Below are positions 9,495 through 20,398 of a stretch of 64,000 bases of DNA, piece by piece; within the stretch, counting starts at the first letter, position 1, and each line of letters begins with the position of its first letter. The translations under genes were made by a program, and so were the position numbers. The stretch is from an uncultured Nitrososphaerota archaeon (GTDB lineage: Archaea > Thermoproteota > Nitrososphaeria > Nitrososphaerales > Gagatemarchaeaceae), in assembly GCA_963703285.1 (NCBI GenBank), contig OY969807.1, positions 1,024,001 to 1,088,000 of the forward strand. Direction: 5' to 3'. Under the pieces are notes generated by a model, which was not told the DNA's origin, made no database searches, and saw nothing but the letters and a program-made list of their open reading frames with translations.

Positions 9495-9869
9495 ATGGTT
9501 GATAACCCGTTGCGCAACGGAGGTTCAAAGAAGAAACCCGCAACCGTGGACGAGTTGCCGGAAGTTGTCGGAAACCCCCGCAGGGAGGCCCTAGAGAAGA
9601 TGCGGGCGATCGTGAAGAGGGCGCTTCCCGGTGTTGTGGAGTCGATTAAGTGGGGTCAGCCGGTCTACGAGTACCGCGGGAGCAACGTAATCTGCTTTAT
9701 GATATACGATGACCATGTGAACTTCGGCCTCTTCATGGGCGCGAAGCTGAAACCAAAGAGACTCGAGGGAACCGGGAAGGGTCTGCGGCACGTCAAGGTG
9801 ACACGACCGGACGACGTGGACGAAAGAGAATTCACTCGGCTAGCAAAGGGAGCGGCGAAGCTCGTCTAG
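9495..9869 (+). CDS. DUF1801 domain protein
   Basis: ESIKWGQPVY..HVNFG..LEGTGKGLRHVK. Confidence 0.85.
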   Translation: MVDNPLRNGGSKKKPATVDELPEVVGNPRREALEKMRAIVKRALPGVVESIKWGQPVYEYRGSNVICFMIYDDHVNFGLFMGAKLKPKRLEGTGKGLRHVKVTRPDDVDEREFTRLAKGAAKLV

Positions 9870-9927
9870 CGGCGGAGGACGGGGCGCCGAAGAATCGTTA
9901 TATCGGCTCGGTCGCCGCGTCAAAACG

Positions 9928-10362
9928 TTGTCACATTCGAAGGGTGCGCGTAGCGGAACCCAGGTCAAGCGTACGATGCTCCGAATCTATCACGCTTTCG
10001 AGAACCTAGACGCCAAGGCTCTGGACGAGAACTTCTCCCACACGGATGACCTACTTGCATTCGGCACGGACTGGGACGAGAAGTTCGAGGGATGGAAGCA
10101 CTACAAGGACGTCCACGCGGTTCAGTTCGCAGCGCTGAAGAGGTTCACGTTTACGAGCAGAGAACTCGAGGCGCACGTCCTCGGAGACGTCGCGTGGGCC
10201 GCTGACCGACCCCGCTGGCAGATAGAGACGAAGGATGGGGTGAAGGTGGAAAGCGAGGTGAGGATCACCGCCGTCCTCCGGTGGAACGAGCGGGCGAAAA
10301 GATGGCTCGTCGTGCAGTGGCACGTCTCCTCTGGTCTCAAGGAAAGACTTCATGAATACTGA
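9928..10362 (+). CDS. NTF2/SnoaL-like protein
   Basis: AFGTDWDE..GDVAW..RITAVL..WLVVQWHVS. Confidence 0.85.
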   Translation: MSHSKGARSGTQVKRTMLRIYHAFENLDAKALDENFSHTDDLLAFGTDWDEKFEGWKHYKDVHAVQFAALKRFTFTSRELEAHVLGDVAWAADRPRWQIETKDGVKVESEVRITAVLRWNERAKRWLVVQWHVSSGLKERLHEY

Positions 10363-10386
10363 GTTGGTAAGGGTGAGCGACGAACC

Positions 10387-11256
10387 ATGACGAACTCCGA
10401 CGATCCGGTGAGGAGCGTGAAGGTCGACCACGTCTCGATCGGGTGGTCCGACCTCTCGGCGATACAGAAGGAATTCTCGGCCGTGGGCATGGCGACCGAA
10501 TACGGCGGCCCACACTCGGGCGGACAGACTCACATGTCGCTTCTTGGGTTCAGGGACGGCTCGTACATCGAGCTGATCTCGACCGTGAAGCCCGGTACAG
10601 AGGCGACGATGTGGAAGAAACAGATCGAGGAGGACGGGGGTCCCTGCGCCTGGTGCGCAGGTTCGGATGACATCGCAGCTGATGTTGCCAGAGCGAAGAG
10701 CTTGGGCATCCCCGCAAGCGGACCAGGGAAGTACACCAGGAAGAGGCCTGATGGTGTTCTGGCAAAGTGGGAGCTTGGCTTCCTCGGGGGTGGGGAGGCG
10801 GGGTCTACGCTGCCGTTCATAATCAAGGACGAGACACCGAGGTCGTTCAGGGTAAGGCCGTCAAAGAGCGTCTCCTTGGGCCTATCGCCCTTGGTCGGTA
10901 TCGGCGCCGTCGTCCTGGCGGTCGAAGACCTCGATGCCTCCGCGAGCCTCTTTCGGAAGTACTACTCGTGGCGCGACCCCGCCAGAAGCTCGGACTTCGT
11001 GACCGGGGCTGAGCTGGCTTGGTTCAAGGGGACCCCGGTGGTCCTCGCGGCGCCGAGAGGTGACGGATGGCTGAGCCAAAGACTCTCCAAGTTCGGACCC
11101 TCGCCTGCCGCCTTCCTCATACAGTCCGACAATCTTGAGAGGGCGAACCTCAGACATCCTCTTGGCCCAAAGAGGCCTTGGTTCGACGGCAACGAGGTCG
11201 GCTGGGTCCGGCCCCTCGAGGTCAGGGGAATCATGCTCGGCGTCCTCGGGCGTTAG
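10387..11256 (+). CDS. VOC/glyoxalase-like family protein
   Basis: DHV..YGGPHSGGQTHM..GSYIELI..RKRPDG..PFII. Confidence 0.85.
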   Translation: MTNSDDPVRSVKVDHVSIGWSDLSAIQKEFSAVGMATEYGGPHSGGQTHMSLLGFRDGSYIELISTVKPGTEATMWKKQIEEDGGPCAWCAGSDDIAADVARAKSLGIPASGPGKYTRKRPDGVLAKWELGFLGGGEAGSTLPFIIKDETPRSFRVRPSKSVSLGLSPLVGIGAVVLAVEDLDASASLFRKYYSWRDPARSSDFVTGAELAWFKGTPVVLAAPRGDGWLSQRLSKFGPSPAAFLIQSDNLERANLRHPLGPKRPWFDGNEVGWVRPLEVRGIMLGVLGR

Positions 11257-11306
11257 AACGGTTGGCCTCTGTTTTCGACTATCACGCCTGGAGGTCCGTG
11301 GAAACC

Positions 11307-12269
11307 ATGGGTCGCGTCAGAATAGGGGTCCTCGTCCCGACCCGCGGGGAGCTGATACGGTCCCCCGAGCATCCGGACTTCGGAAACATACTGCGGATGG
11401 CAGAGAGAATCGAGCAAGACGGGTACGATTCTGTCTGGGTCGGCGACAGCGTAACCGCGAAGCCGCGATTCGAGGCGCTTACGTCCCTCGGGGCCATAGC
11501 TGCGAGGACCAAGAGGGCGAGGCTCGGGACGGCGGTGCTCCTCTCGGGTTTGAGGAACCCGGTCGTTCTCGGGCACCAGGTGGCTACCCTAGACGTGATC
11601 TCAAGGGGCAGGATCGTGCTTGGTGTGGGCGTCGGAGGGAGCGAATCCAAGAATCTCATTACCGAGTTCCCGGCTTCGGGCGTCGAGTACAGCAGGAGGG
11701 TAGACGCGTTCGAGGTTGGCCTTCAGACGATGAAGAGGACCTGGTCAGAGGACAGGGTCACGATGAAGACGCCTTTCTTCGAGCTGGACGAGATATCGGT
11801 GGAGCCGAAGCCTGTGCAGAAGCCGCATCCTCCGGTCTGGATAGCCGGGGCACACTTCGGCCAGGCAGGAGAGAGACAGCTGTCCAGAATCGCGCGGTTT
11901 GGCGATGGCTTCATCTCGACGCTGATAAAACCCGAGGAGTACGCTGACACATTCAACCGAATCAAGGACATGGCGAGGGCTATGGGAAGGAGGCCCTCGG
12001 AACTGAGCACCTGTCTCTACATGTCGGTGAATCTGAACCGGAACAGAAGGGTCGCGACGAGGGAAGGAAACAGATTCCTCGCGGCCTACTATGGATACGA
12101 GTTCTGGGGCGACAGGTGGGGGCCGTTCGGCCCGGCGCAGGAGGTGATCGACAGCATCCAGAGCTTCGCCGACGCGGGTGTCGAGACATTCGTGGTGAGG
12201 TTTGCCGCGACCGACCAGGACGGACAGCTCGAGTCGTTCACACGAACCGTGCTTCCGAGCTTCAGGTGA
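11307..12269 (+). CDS. LLM-class (luciferase-like) flavin/F420-dependent oxidoreductase
   Basis: YDSVWVGDS, RLGTAV, ATLDVISRGR and PKPVQKPHPPVWIAG; ATG at 11307. Confidence 0.9.
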   Translation: MGRVRIGVLVPTRGELIRSPEHPDFGNILRMAERIEQDGYDSVWVGDSVTAKPRFEALTSLGAIAARTKRARLGTAVLLSGLRNPVVLGHQVATLDVISRGRIVLGVGVGGSESKNLITEFPASGVEYSRRVDAFEVGLQTMKRTWSEDRVTMKTPFFELDEISVEPKPVQKPHPPVWIAGAHFGQAGERQLSRIARFGDGFISTLIKPEEYADTFNRIKDMARAMGRRPSELSTCLYMSVNLNRNRRVATREGNRFLAAYYGYEFWGDRWGPFGPAQEVIDSIQSFADAGVETFVVRFAATDQDGQLESFTRTVLPSFR

Positions 12270-12315
12270 CGGACGACGGGAACCGATTTATAACCGAGGA
12301 GGCACATTTCCGTTC

Positions 12316-13056
12316 ATGACGGTCCAGAGCAAGCGAAAGCCCGGGGACTTCACGCGCGACTACCAGCTCGAGAAGGCGCGCAGAGACTATGCTACCGGTC
12401 TGGCGAGCATCCGGATAGACCCGAGGAAGTCGGCGCTCGTGGTCGTCGACATGATAGACGAGTTCACAAAACCCGGCGAAGCTCCGTTCTGGGTGCCAGA
12501 CGCAACGAGGATCCTGCCGCTCGTCAGGGACCTCATAGACGCGTCGAGAAGGGCCGGAACGCCCGTAATCTACACCTACTACACCTTCAATCAGACGAAC
12601 ACCGACATGAACCCCTGGTTCAGGGAGGGTTGGGCGCCCATCGACAAGGTAGACGACTACGACGGGCCTCCCCTCTTCACGCGGGAGACGGTGGACGCGG
12701 CGATAAAGCCGGACTACGGCAAGGACATCCTGATAGCAAAGCCGAGCTACGGGGCCTTCACGAACACGCCCCTCGACTACATCCTCAGGAACCTCGGTGT
12801 CGACACGGTAATCGTCTGCGGGACGATGACCAACTACTGCTGCGGGACGACCGCCCGTGAGGCCCACGCTAGGGGGTACAAGGTGGTCTTCGGCTCCGAT
12901 TGCAACGCCACCGACGACCCTTCCATCCAAGAGGCCGAGCTCAAGACACTGAGGCGGGGATTCGCCTTGGTCATCTCCGCCAAGGAGATAATCGACGCTC
13001 TCAGCGGGACTGGACAGTTCTCGGCTGCGAGAACCGCGGAAGCCCGGGTCAGATAG
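12316..13056 (+). CDS. Isochorismatase-family cysteine hydrolase (amidase)
   Basis: Triad VVDM / KPSYGAF / TNYCC..TAREA; ATG at 12316. Confidence 0.9.
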   Translation: MTVQSKRKPGDFTRDYQLEKARRDYATGLASIRIDPRKSALVVVDMIDEFTKPGEAPFWVPDATRILPLVRDLIDASRRAGTPVIYTYYTFNQTNTDMNPWFREGWAPIDKVDDYDGPPLFTRETVDAAIKPDYGKDILIAKPSYGAFTNTPLDYILRNLGVDTVIVCGTMTNYCCGTTAREAHARGYKVVFGSDCNATDDPSIQEAELKTLRRGFALVISAKEIIDALSGTGQFSAARTAEARVR

Positions 13057-13195
13057 TTCAGGGACCATACGGCCTGTGGGGATGGCAGGACACCGATGGG
13101 TGCCCTGACCGGTCCGAACCGCGCGGGCGGGCCACTCCTCACGCTTCAGCTCATCTTTGAGAAACGATATATCAGTCAAGTATGAGGCGGGGCAG

Positions 13196-14182
13196 ATGCG
13201 AAAGACCACCTTCGGAATCGTCCTTCCGACTAGGGGCGTCCTGTTCTCTGGCGCCGACCCTAGGAAAGACGTTATCGAACTCAGCAAGCTCACCGAGGAG
13301 TACGGATACGACGGCGTGTGGGCCGGCGACAGCATACTGGCGAAGCCCCGACTGGACTCCATCGCGGTCCTCTCGGCTGTCGCGGGGGCGACCGAGAAGG
13401 TGAAGCTCGGGACTTCCTGCTTCGCTAGCTTCCCCATCAGGCACCCGATACTCATGGCCTACCAGTGGGCCACGCTGGATCAGCTCTCTGGAGGGAGGAC
13501 GATACTGGTGGTCTGCCAGGGAACGCCGACCACCCACGGGAAGATATACAGGAACGAGTACGACGCCTTCGGAATCCCGCCGTCCGAGAAGGTCGAGAGA
13601 TCGAACGAGGGCATTGAAATCCTGAGGAAGCTGTGGAAGGGTGACAACGTCTCCTACGACGGGAAAATCTACAAGTTCAAGGACGTGACGATGCTCCCCA
13701 AGCCCGCCCAGAAGGACTGCCCCATCTGGATAGCGTCCAACCCCAGGTCGACGGGGGAGCTCGAGGGCGCGCCAGGGAACATAGAGGGGAACTTCGAGAG
13801 GGTAGGAAAGTACGCGGACGGGTGGATGACCACGATGGTGACGCCGAAGGAGTACGACGAGGACCTGACCAAGGTCCTCAGCTACGCCAAGAAGTATGGC
13901 AAGAGCAAATCGAAGTTCAAGGCGTCGCTGTATTACAATGTGAACATGGGCGAGAAGGAGAAGGCTGGAGCGGAAGCGGTCGACTTCCTGACCAAGTACT
14001 ACAGAGAGGACGCATCTCACGTGCTAGACAAGTGGGTCGCGTTCGGGAACAGGGCCGACGTCATGAAGAAGCTCGAGGCCTTCGTGGACGCGGGGGTCGG
14101 AGACTTCAACATCAGGTTCGTGGCCTGGGACCAGATAAAGCAGCTCAAGAGGTTCAGCAAGGAGATCCTTCCCTCCTTCTAG
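13196..14182 (+). CDS. LLM-class oxidoreductase (second paralog)
   Basis: YDGVWAGDSILAKPR, ATLDQLSGGR and PKPAQKDCPIWIA. Confidence 0.9.
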   Translation: MRKTTFGIVLPTRGVLFSGADPRKDVIELSKLTEEYGYDGVWAGDSILAKPRLDSIAVLSAVAGATEKVKLGTSCFASFPIRHPILMAYQWATLDQLSGGRTILVVCQGTPTTHGKIYRNEYDAFGIPPSEKVERSNEGIEILRKLWKGDNVSYDGKIYKFKDVTMLPKPAQKDCPIWIASNPRSTGELEGAPGNIEGNFERVGKYADGWMTTMVTPKEYDEDLTKVLSYAKKYGKSKSKFKASLYYNVNMGEKEKAGAEAVDFLTKYYREDASHVLDKWVAFGNRADVMKKLEAFVDAGVGDFNIRFVAWDQIKQLKRFSKEILPSF

Positions 14183-14186
14183 CGGG

Positions 14187-15435
14187 CTACCAGTGTACCT
14201 TCTCGAGGGCCGTGAGGGACTCGACCCCGTCGGAGGTGACGACGAGGCAGTCCTCGATGACCGCCGTACCGAAGTCGAGTATGTGCGCCATGGGCTCGAA
14301 GGCAAACGACATGTTCCTCCGGAGCCTGGTGTCGGGTTGCCCCATCGACGGTATCTCGAAGAAGGAGGTCGCTATCGCATGGTGGACCATCAGACCGAGG
14401 TAGATCCTGCCCGCGGTACCGCTCCCTCAGGCCCGAGGCGCGGGCGAGCTCCTCGGACCTCTTTAGCAGCTTTGAGACTCGGACGCCGGGCCGCATCATC
14501 CCGGTAAGAGTCTCGTAGGCGTTCTCGATGACGTCAAGGACCCGCCGCTGCTCTCGGTTCGCCCCTCCTATCACCACGGTCCGCGACATGTCGCTCTGGT
14601 ACCCGTACTTGACGGCGCCCATGTCGAGGTAGACCATGTCCCCCTTCTCCATCCTCCTCGGGGTCGGGTAGCTGTGCTTGATCCCCGACCTCGGACCCGA
14701 GTTGGCTATCGAGAAGCCGGAGTGCGCACCCTCCTTCGTCATGGTGTAGTTCGCGACGGCGGCGACCTCGCTCTCGGACCTACCGGGCGAGATGGCCTCT
14801 ATGGAGGCCTCCATCGCCCGCGCGGTGATCGAGCCCACATCCCGAAGCATCCCCACCTCCCTCTGGCTCCTTATGCTCTTGACGAGGGTGTATTCGGGCG
14901 AGAAGTCCACCCAGGCCACCTTCGCGCTGGAAGAGAGGGACACCCATATCGGCATCGGGAGGTTCTCCCCTCCGACGAGCCCCACCGTCCTAGCTCCGGC
15001 CCTGGCGAGGGACTCGGCAATCACCCGGGCGAACTCGCGGGGGTCGTGCCTTACCGGCCGGTAGTCCTCGATCCACGTCATCCACGCGTAGGAGTTGATT
15101 GGCTCACCGTGTAGCACCGCGTCGGTGACGATCTCAGGCGCCCCGTCCATCGGGAGGATCAGGGCCGCCCTTCCGAATGGGATGTAGTTCGAGAGGTAGA
15201 CCAGGTCCCCGGGGTCGCCCTGATCACCGAAGACCAGGAGGGCATCAACCGCTCTCTTCCCCATCGAGCTCCTGACCCTCCGAATCCTTTCTTCGTACTC
15301 GCTGACTGGGAACGGGAGGTCGAGGTACCTCTTCCTGGTCTGCCAGTCGTACGGGACCTGGGACGGGTACCCTGAGCTTGGAGGCGGAGAGCGAGCTCCC
15401 CCTGCCAACGTCCGCCTCCACGCGTGCGGGACCAA
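14187..15435 (-). CDS. M24 (Xaa-Pro peptidase/creatinase fold) metallopeptidase, split by a +1 frameshift near 14410
   Basis: LDMG..YQSDMSRT in ORF 14179..15435; HH..FAFEP..AVIED continues in ORF 14187..14390. Deleting one base at CCCGCG 14410-14415 joins them. Confidence 0.8.
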
Positions 15436-15442
15436 CCGGCCA

Positions 15443-17116
15443 CTAGCCCCCGCGCGGGACGACCGGGAGCGTGAGGCACGAAGGGTGCCGGGCGTCGTGG
15501 AAGACCTTCTGCTCCGCGACCGCGAGCTCCGAGTCCTGGCCGAACGCGTTGCCCGTGTTCGGGTTCCTGTCGTACTTGGGGAACGAGCTGCTCGAGACGT
15601 GGAGCCTGATGCGGTGGTCCCTCAGGAAGACGTTGCTCGTCACCCAGAGGTCTATCGAGAACTCGTAGACTTCGCCGGGCTTGAGCAGTGCCGGCCTGTC
15701 GAGCTTCCTCCTGTAGCGGCCCCGGACTATCCCCTCCGTCAGGTGCATTGAGTAACCGTTCGGATGGACGTCGACGAGCTGCGCCCAGAAATCCGTGTCC
15801 CTGGCCGACGTTGACGCGAAGAGGGTGACGGCGACGGGACCGGTGACCTCGAGGTCCCGCGCGAGGGGCGGGGTGGAGTACACGAGGACATCGTCCCTCC
15901 TCTCGATGGGCCTCTGGTCGAAGGGCCCCTCGGCGCCCCCATCGTCGATGTTCGGGACGGGGTTGGCTGGGTCGTAGGAGAAGGTGTCAGGCGGCGAGCG
16001 CGATGAAGGTGCCCTCCTCTCTAGGATGCCGTTGCCGAGCGAGGTGTTGGCGCCGCCGCGGCTGCGGAGGTAATAGCGGGTGGGGGTCATCCCACCGGGG
16101 GGCCACTCCCGCCTCGTCACCCAGGCGTTCCGGCCCATTGCGAATGTCTCTACAGGAGGTCCCCTCTCGACCCCGTTCCTGACGCCCTTGAGCCAGCGGT
16201 CGAACCACCTGAGCTTCGCACCCAGGAGGTCCACCAGCGCCGTCTCGCCGAAGTCGACCTCGCCGAGGGCCCGCGAGACGTTGACGTGGTGCTGCCACGG
16301 GCCGATTATCAGCCTCTGGTTCCTCCGAACCCTGGCCGGCCTGGACGAGGTCATCCCGACGAAGTTCTTGTGGGTCCCCACTATGTCGTCATCGTACCAC
16401 CCTGAGATGTGCAGCACCGGGACGCCGACGCGCCTCAACTTGTCCTCGTAGAACGCCTTGGTCCAGTAATCATCGGCGGATGGGTGCTCGACCCACTCCT
16501 TCCAGATTCGGGACCTCCTCCCGAACCCCTCATCCATCGTCGCGAGGGGCAGGTGGGAGAGCAATCTCCGGTCGTAGAGCGACATGACGGTGTTCCTCTT
16601 GCCCTCGATCAGGGCCATCCACTCGGCCATCCAGAGCACCAGTGCCCCGTTCTGGTAAGGGACGTTGAGGACCGGGTCGGGGAGCGAGACGGTGCAGACC
16701 ATCGCCCTCAGGCCGGGGGGCCTTAGGACGGCCGCGGTCCACTGGTTCCACGCCGCGTAGGAGGCTCCTATGGTGCCGAGCGATCCGTTCGACCACTTCT
16801 GCTTGGCGCACCATGCCAGCGTGTCGAACCCGTCGCGCCCGTCGTCGTCCTGGAACGGCCTGAATGTTCCCTCCGAGTCGTTCTTCCCCCGGCAGTCCTG
16901 TATCACGTATGCGTACCCGTGCTTGGCGAAGAAGAGAGCCTCAGCGTTCTGGGAGGCTTGGTAGCCCTCCACCGTGCGGTACGGGGTCCGGGTGAGTATC
17001 ACCGGGAAGCGCCCTTGGACGTCTGGCCTGAAGACGTCGGAGGAGAGACGCGTCCCGTCCCTCATCCTCTGCTGAACGCCAAGCTCCAGCTTGACTTGAT
17101 GGTCAGCGCCGGACAT
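15443..17116 (-). CDS. CocE/NonD family serine hydrolase
   Basis: MRDGTRL, RTPY, QDCRGK.DSEG, GASY, GWYD, IIGPWQH and SSSFPKYDRNPNTG. Confidence 0.92.
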   Translation of the reverse strand: MSGADHQVKLELGVQQRMRDGTRLSSDVFRPDVQGRFPVILTRTPYRTVEGYQASQNAEALFFAKHGYAYVIQDCRGKNDSEGTFRPFQDDDGRDGFDTLAWCAKQKWSNGSLGTIGASYAAWNQWTAAVLRPPGLRAMVCTVSLPDPVLNVPYQNGALVLWMAEWMALIEGKRNTVMSLYDRRLLSHLPLATMDEGFGRRSRIWKEWVEHPSADDYWTKAFYEDKLRRVGVPVLHISGWYDDDIVGTHKNFVGMTSSRPARVRRNQRLIIGPWQHHVNVSRALGEVDFGETALVDLLGAKLRWFDRWLKGVRNGVERGPPVETFAMGRNAWVTRREWPPGGMTPTRYYLRSRGGANTSLGNGILERRAPSSRSPPDTFSYDPANPVPNIDDGGAEGPFDQRPIERRDDVLVYSTPPLARDLEVTGPVAVTLFASTSARDTDFWAQLVDVHPNGYSMHLTEGIVRGRYRRKLDRPALLKPGEVYEFSIDLWVTSNVFLRDHRIRLHVSSSSFPKYDRNPNTGNAFGQDSELAVAEQKVFHDARHPSCLTLPVVPRGG

Positions 17117-17136
17117 TGGGTGTCAGCCCGACCCTA

Positions 17137-18783
17137 TCACTCTGGCGGGATCTCTTTCGCTATGAGGCCGAGGTTCACGCCCTGCTGGCGCCTGGCGAGC
17201 CAGGCGACGATGTAGATCACAGCGCCGAGGACGAAGGTCGGGATGATGCCCTCCTCGAGTATGCTTCCGAACGTCGGTCCTCCGATGGCGGGCGCGAGCA
17301 GCGCGTAGACCACGTAGATAGAAATCACCAGGGAGAGGGCGCCGAGTATGGTTATGAACGGCAAACCTCCGTACTTCTTCTTGGCCGTCTCGTCAGACGC
17401 CGACGCAAAGAGGTCCTTCCTCCGGTACGGGTAGACTATCGCGGCTATCGCCACGAAGATGAAGCAGATGAAAGTGCCCGCGGTCGAGTACGAGAAGAGG
17501 ACGCTCAGGTAGCTCGTCTTGAAGATGGAGATGTAGAGGTAGATGAGCGAGCCAATGATCATCAGGATCACGGCGTTCAATGGCGTCTTGGTCCTCTCGT
17601 TGACGTTGGAGAAGACGTTCGGCAGGACGCGGTCGAAGGACCACGCGAAGATGTTCCTGCTGAGGACGAAGAGCTCCGAGACGAACATGGCGATGATGGT
17701 GCCTGCGAACGCCAGGTTGAAGAGCACAACAAGGAAGGTGTTGTGGGTCCAGAACATCGAGAGGCCCGAGGAGAGCGGGATCGTGATGTACGGGTTCGCT
17801 CCACCTGTATACCAGAGCGAAGCTATCGCGTTCACGAAGGCTGGGCCCTCGTTGTAGTATGCAGCGGCGAATATGATGGTCACGACGATCATGAAGATGA
17901 TGCTTCCGCCGACCTGGGCTAGGATCTGGCTTCTCCTGTTCTGCTTGACCTCACCCGCGAAGTAGGCGGGGTAGTAGAAGCCCAGGTAACCGAGGAGGCC
18001 GAGCGCGCCGGCGGCCAGCGTGGTCGAAGTGAAGACGGGCGGGATGCCCGGGTAGGAGGGAAGCAGGGCGTTCGACTCCCCTGCGTTTATCACAGCCTGG
18101 TAGGCCGAGGTGCCGTTCACGGAGGGATACAACGAGTTGAAGTTGGAGATGAACGTCGACTTGCCCGCGGAGAGGACCGTCACGATGAATATGACTCCGA
18201 TTATCACTGCCAGTATTGTCCAGTACTTCACGACAGCCCCCGAGAGCCTCGTGCTCCCCACGACGATGGCGCCCGTGACCAAGACCGAGATCGCGGCGAT
18301 CCAGAAGGTGGGGCCGGGCTGCTGCAGCGTGCTCGCGAGGCTGGTGTACGAGGCGTTGTTCGTCAGAATTCCGAGGTCGTAAAACATCGGGGAGAACGAC
18401 CACTGGGATATCCATGGGCTGACCGAGCCGATGGTTGCGAGCGCCAGGAGGGTGAGCGAGAAGTTGATCACGAAACCGGTCCCCGAGTTGATGACCCTGC
18501 TCGTCCAGACGTAGTCGCCGCCCGTCCTAGGCATCGCGATTGAGAAGAGCGCGTACATCCCGGCGACCGGAAGGATGAGGAGAAGACCGATCAAGGGGCC
18601 GACGATCGGATTCGCGTCGGGGTAGAATGCAGGCGTGAAGACTGTCGCATTGAAGACGTAGAGCAGCCCCATTCCGGAGAGCGCCATGCCGAGAGCCTCG
18701 AACCCGGAAATCTGTTTTGTCAGTCCTGTCGCTTCCCTCACGAACGACACAGGCGACTTAGCCAACGGGAAGAGGCCCCTCAT
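17137..18783 (-). CDS. APC-family amino acid/amine permease
   Basis: FVREATGL, MPRTGGDYVW, AGEVK, SRNIFAWSFDRVLP and C-terminal EIPPE. Confidence 0.9.
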   Translation of the reverse strand: MRGLFPLAKSPVSFVREATGLTKQISGFEALGMALSGMGLLYVFNATVFTPAFYPDANPIVGPLIGLLLILPVAGMYALFSIAMPRTGGDYVWTSRVINSGTGFVINFSLTLLALATIGSVSPWISQWSFSPMFYDLGILTNNASYTSLASTLQQPGPTFWIAAISVLVTGAIVVGSTRLSGAVVKYWTILAVIIGVIFIVTVLSAGKSTFISNFNSLYPSVNGTSAYQAVINAGESNALLPSYPGIPPVFTSTTLAAGALGLLGYLGFYYPAYFAGEVKQNRRSQILAQVGGSIIFMIVVTIIFAAAYYNEGPAFVNAIASLWYTGGANPYITIPLSSGLSMFWTHNTFLVVLFNLAFAGTIIAMFVSELFVLSRNIFAWSFDRVLPNVFSNVNERTKTPLNAVILMIIGSLIYLYISIFKTSYLSVLFSYSTAGTFICFIFVAIAAIVYPYRRKDLFASASDETAKKKYGGLPFITILGALSLVISIYVVYALLAPAIGGPTFGSILEEGIIPTFVLGAVIYIVAWLARRQQGVNLGLIAKEIPPE

Positions 18784-18925
18784 CGTGATATTTTAATTGT
18801 GCGAATATGACGACATCCTTGGAATTTTAGTACAGGAGCGGTCCCACCGCCTGCAGGGCCTGGGAGATTAGGGACTAGCATAAGGCTATCACAGAGATAA
18901 ATAGCGATTTGACGCGAAATCGTCC

Positions 18926-20398
18926 ATGGAAGTCCCCTCCAAGATGTACATCGACGGAAGCTGGGTCGATTCCGAGAGTGCCGAGACCATGATGGTGCTG
19001 AATCCGGCCAATCAGGAGGTTCTCGCGAACGTCCCGAAGGGGGGACGGGATGACGCACTGAGCGCCATCGACGCGGCCGCAGGGGCGATGAAGACGGCCG
19101 AGTCGATGACCGCCTTCGAGAGGTCGAAGATCCTTCTGAGGGTCGCCAACCTACTGGAGCAGAACGCGGAGGAGATGGCTACCCTCATCTCGAAGAACGT
19201 CGGCAAACCAATCGCCGACTCCGAGGCGGAGACCTCGAGGGGAATACTCACGCTGACGTTCGCCTCCGAGGAGGCGAAGAGGATCTACGGACAGACGATA
19301 CCGCTCGACTCCCACCCGTTCCCGCCTGGGAACCAGAACAGGCTGGGCTTCACCATTCGCGAACCGATCGGCGTCGTTGGTGCCATCTCGCCGTTTAACT
19401 TCCCGCTCAACCTGCTGCTGCACAAGGTGGCACCCGCGATAGCTGCAGGGAACACCGTGGTGGTCAAGCCGCCGAGCGACGGCCCTCTCCCGGGGCTGAT
19501 GGTGGCTAAGCTCTTCGAGGATGCGGGTCTCCCTCCGGGCGTACTCAACGTCGTCCTCGGACCGGGTGGCGAGGTGGGGGACGAGATAGTCACAAGCCGG
19601 AAGGTGGGCGCCATCAGCTTCACCGGCGAGACGGAGACGGGAAGGGAGATTGCGGAGAAGGCTGCCCGCACCAACAAGAAGGTCATCCTCGAACTCGGGG
19701 GGCACAATCCGCTGATCGTCCTAGACGACGCCAAGGTGGTGAACGCCGTCAGCTCGGCTCTTGCAGGAACGTTCGGCTACGCAGGTCAGGTCTGCACTGC
19801 GACGAGGAGGATAATCCTGAGCGAGAGGGTCAAGGAGAGGTTCATGGCCCAGTTCGAGCAGGCGGTAGGGACGCTGAGGGTCGGAGACCCACTGGACCGG
19901 ACCACGAACGTCGGGCCCGTGATAAACGTCCGGAGCCTCGAGAAGATTGACGGTCTCGTCAGGGAGGCGGCCGAGAAGGGCGCGAAGGTCAGGATGGGAG
20001 GCTCGCGAATCAACTACGGGGAGCTCGCGCGGGGCAACTACTACTCGCCCACGATACTAGAGGGAGTCATCGGGAGTATGGGAATCGCCCAGAAGGAGGT
20101 CTTCGGGCCGGTGTCGGCGATCATGGAAGCCTCGAGCGACGACGCGGCCGTCGAGCTGGCAAACGACACAATCTACGGGCTGCAGGCTTCCATCTACACC
20201 TCAGACCTTGCCAGGGGAATCAGGCTCGCCAAGAGGGTGAAGGCGGGCGCGGTCCTAATCAACGACAGGACCAACCTGCGATGGGACAACGCCCCGTTCG
20301 GCGGCGTAAAGATGAGCGGCATGGGCCGGGAGGGCGTCAACCTCGCGATAGGTGAGCTGACCGAGCTGAAGTTCGTAGTCGCAAACATCGCGGAGTAG
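18926..20398 (+). CDS. NAD(P)-dependent aldehyde dehydrogenase
   Basis: PFNFP, SFTGET, LELGG, GQVC, EVFGP and PFGGVK. Confidence 0.95.
   Translation: MEVPSKMYIDGSWVDSESAETMMVLNPANQEVLANVPKGGRDDALSAIDAAAGAMKTAESMTAFERSKILLRVANLLEQNAEEMATLISKNVGKPIADSEAETSRGILTLTFASEEAKRIYGQTIPLDSHPFPPGNQNRLGFTIREPIGVVGAISPFNFPLNLLLHKVAPAIAAGNTVVVKPPSDGPLPGLMVAKLFEDAGLPPGVLNVVLGPGGEVGDEIVTSRKVGAISFTGETETGREIAEKAARTNKKVILELGGHNPLIVLDDAKVVNAVSSALAGTFGYAGQVCTATRRIILSERVKERFMAQFEQAVGTLRVGDPLDRTTNVGPVINVRSLEKIDGLVREAAEKGAKVRMGGSRINYGELARGNYYSPTILEGVIGSMGIAQKEVFGPVSAIMEASSDDAAVELANDTIYGLQASIYTSDLARGIRLAKRVKAGAVLINDRTNLRWDNAPFGGVKMSGMGREGVNLAIGELTELKFVVANIAE

Noticed and set aside
14405-14420. Programmed frameshifting in the M24, AlkP and radical SAM genes
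   Set aside because: The shared hexamer occurs in both orientations relative to coding and has no slippery pattern; sequencing error is more parsimonious.
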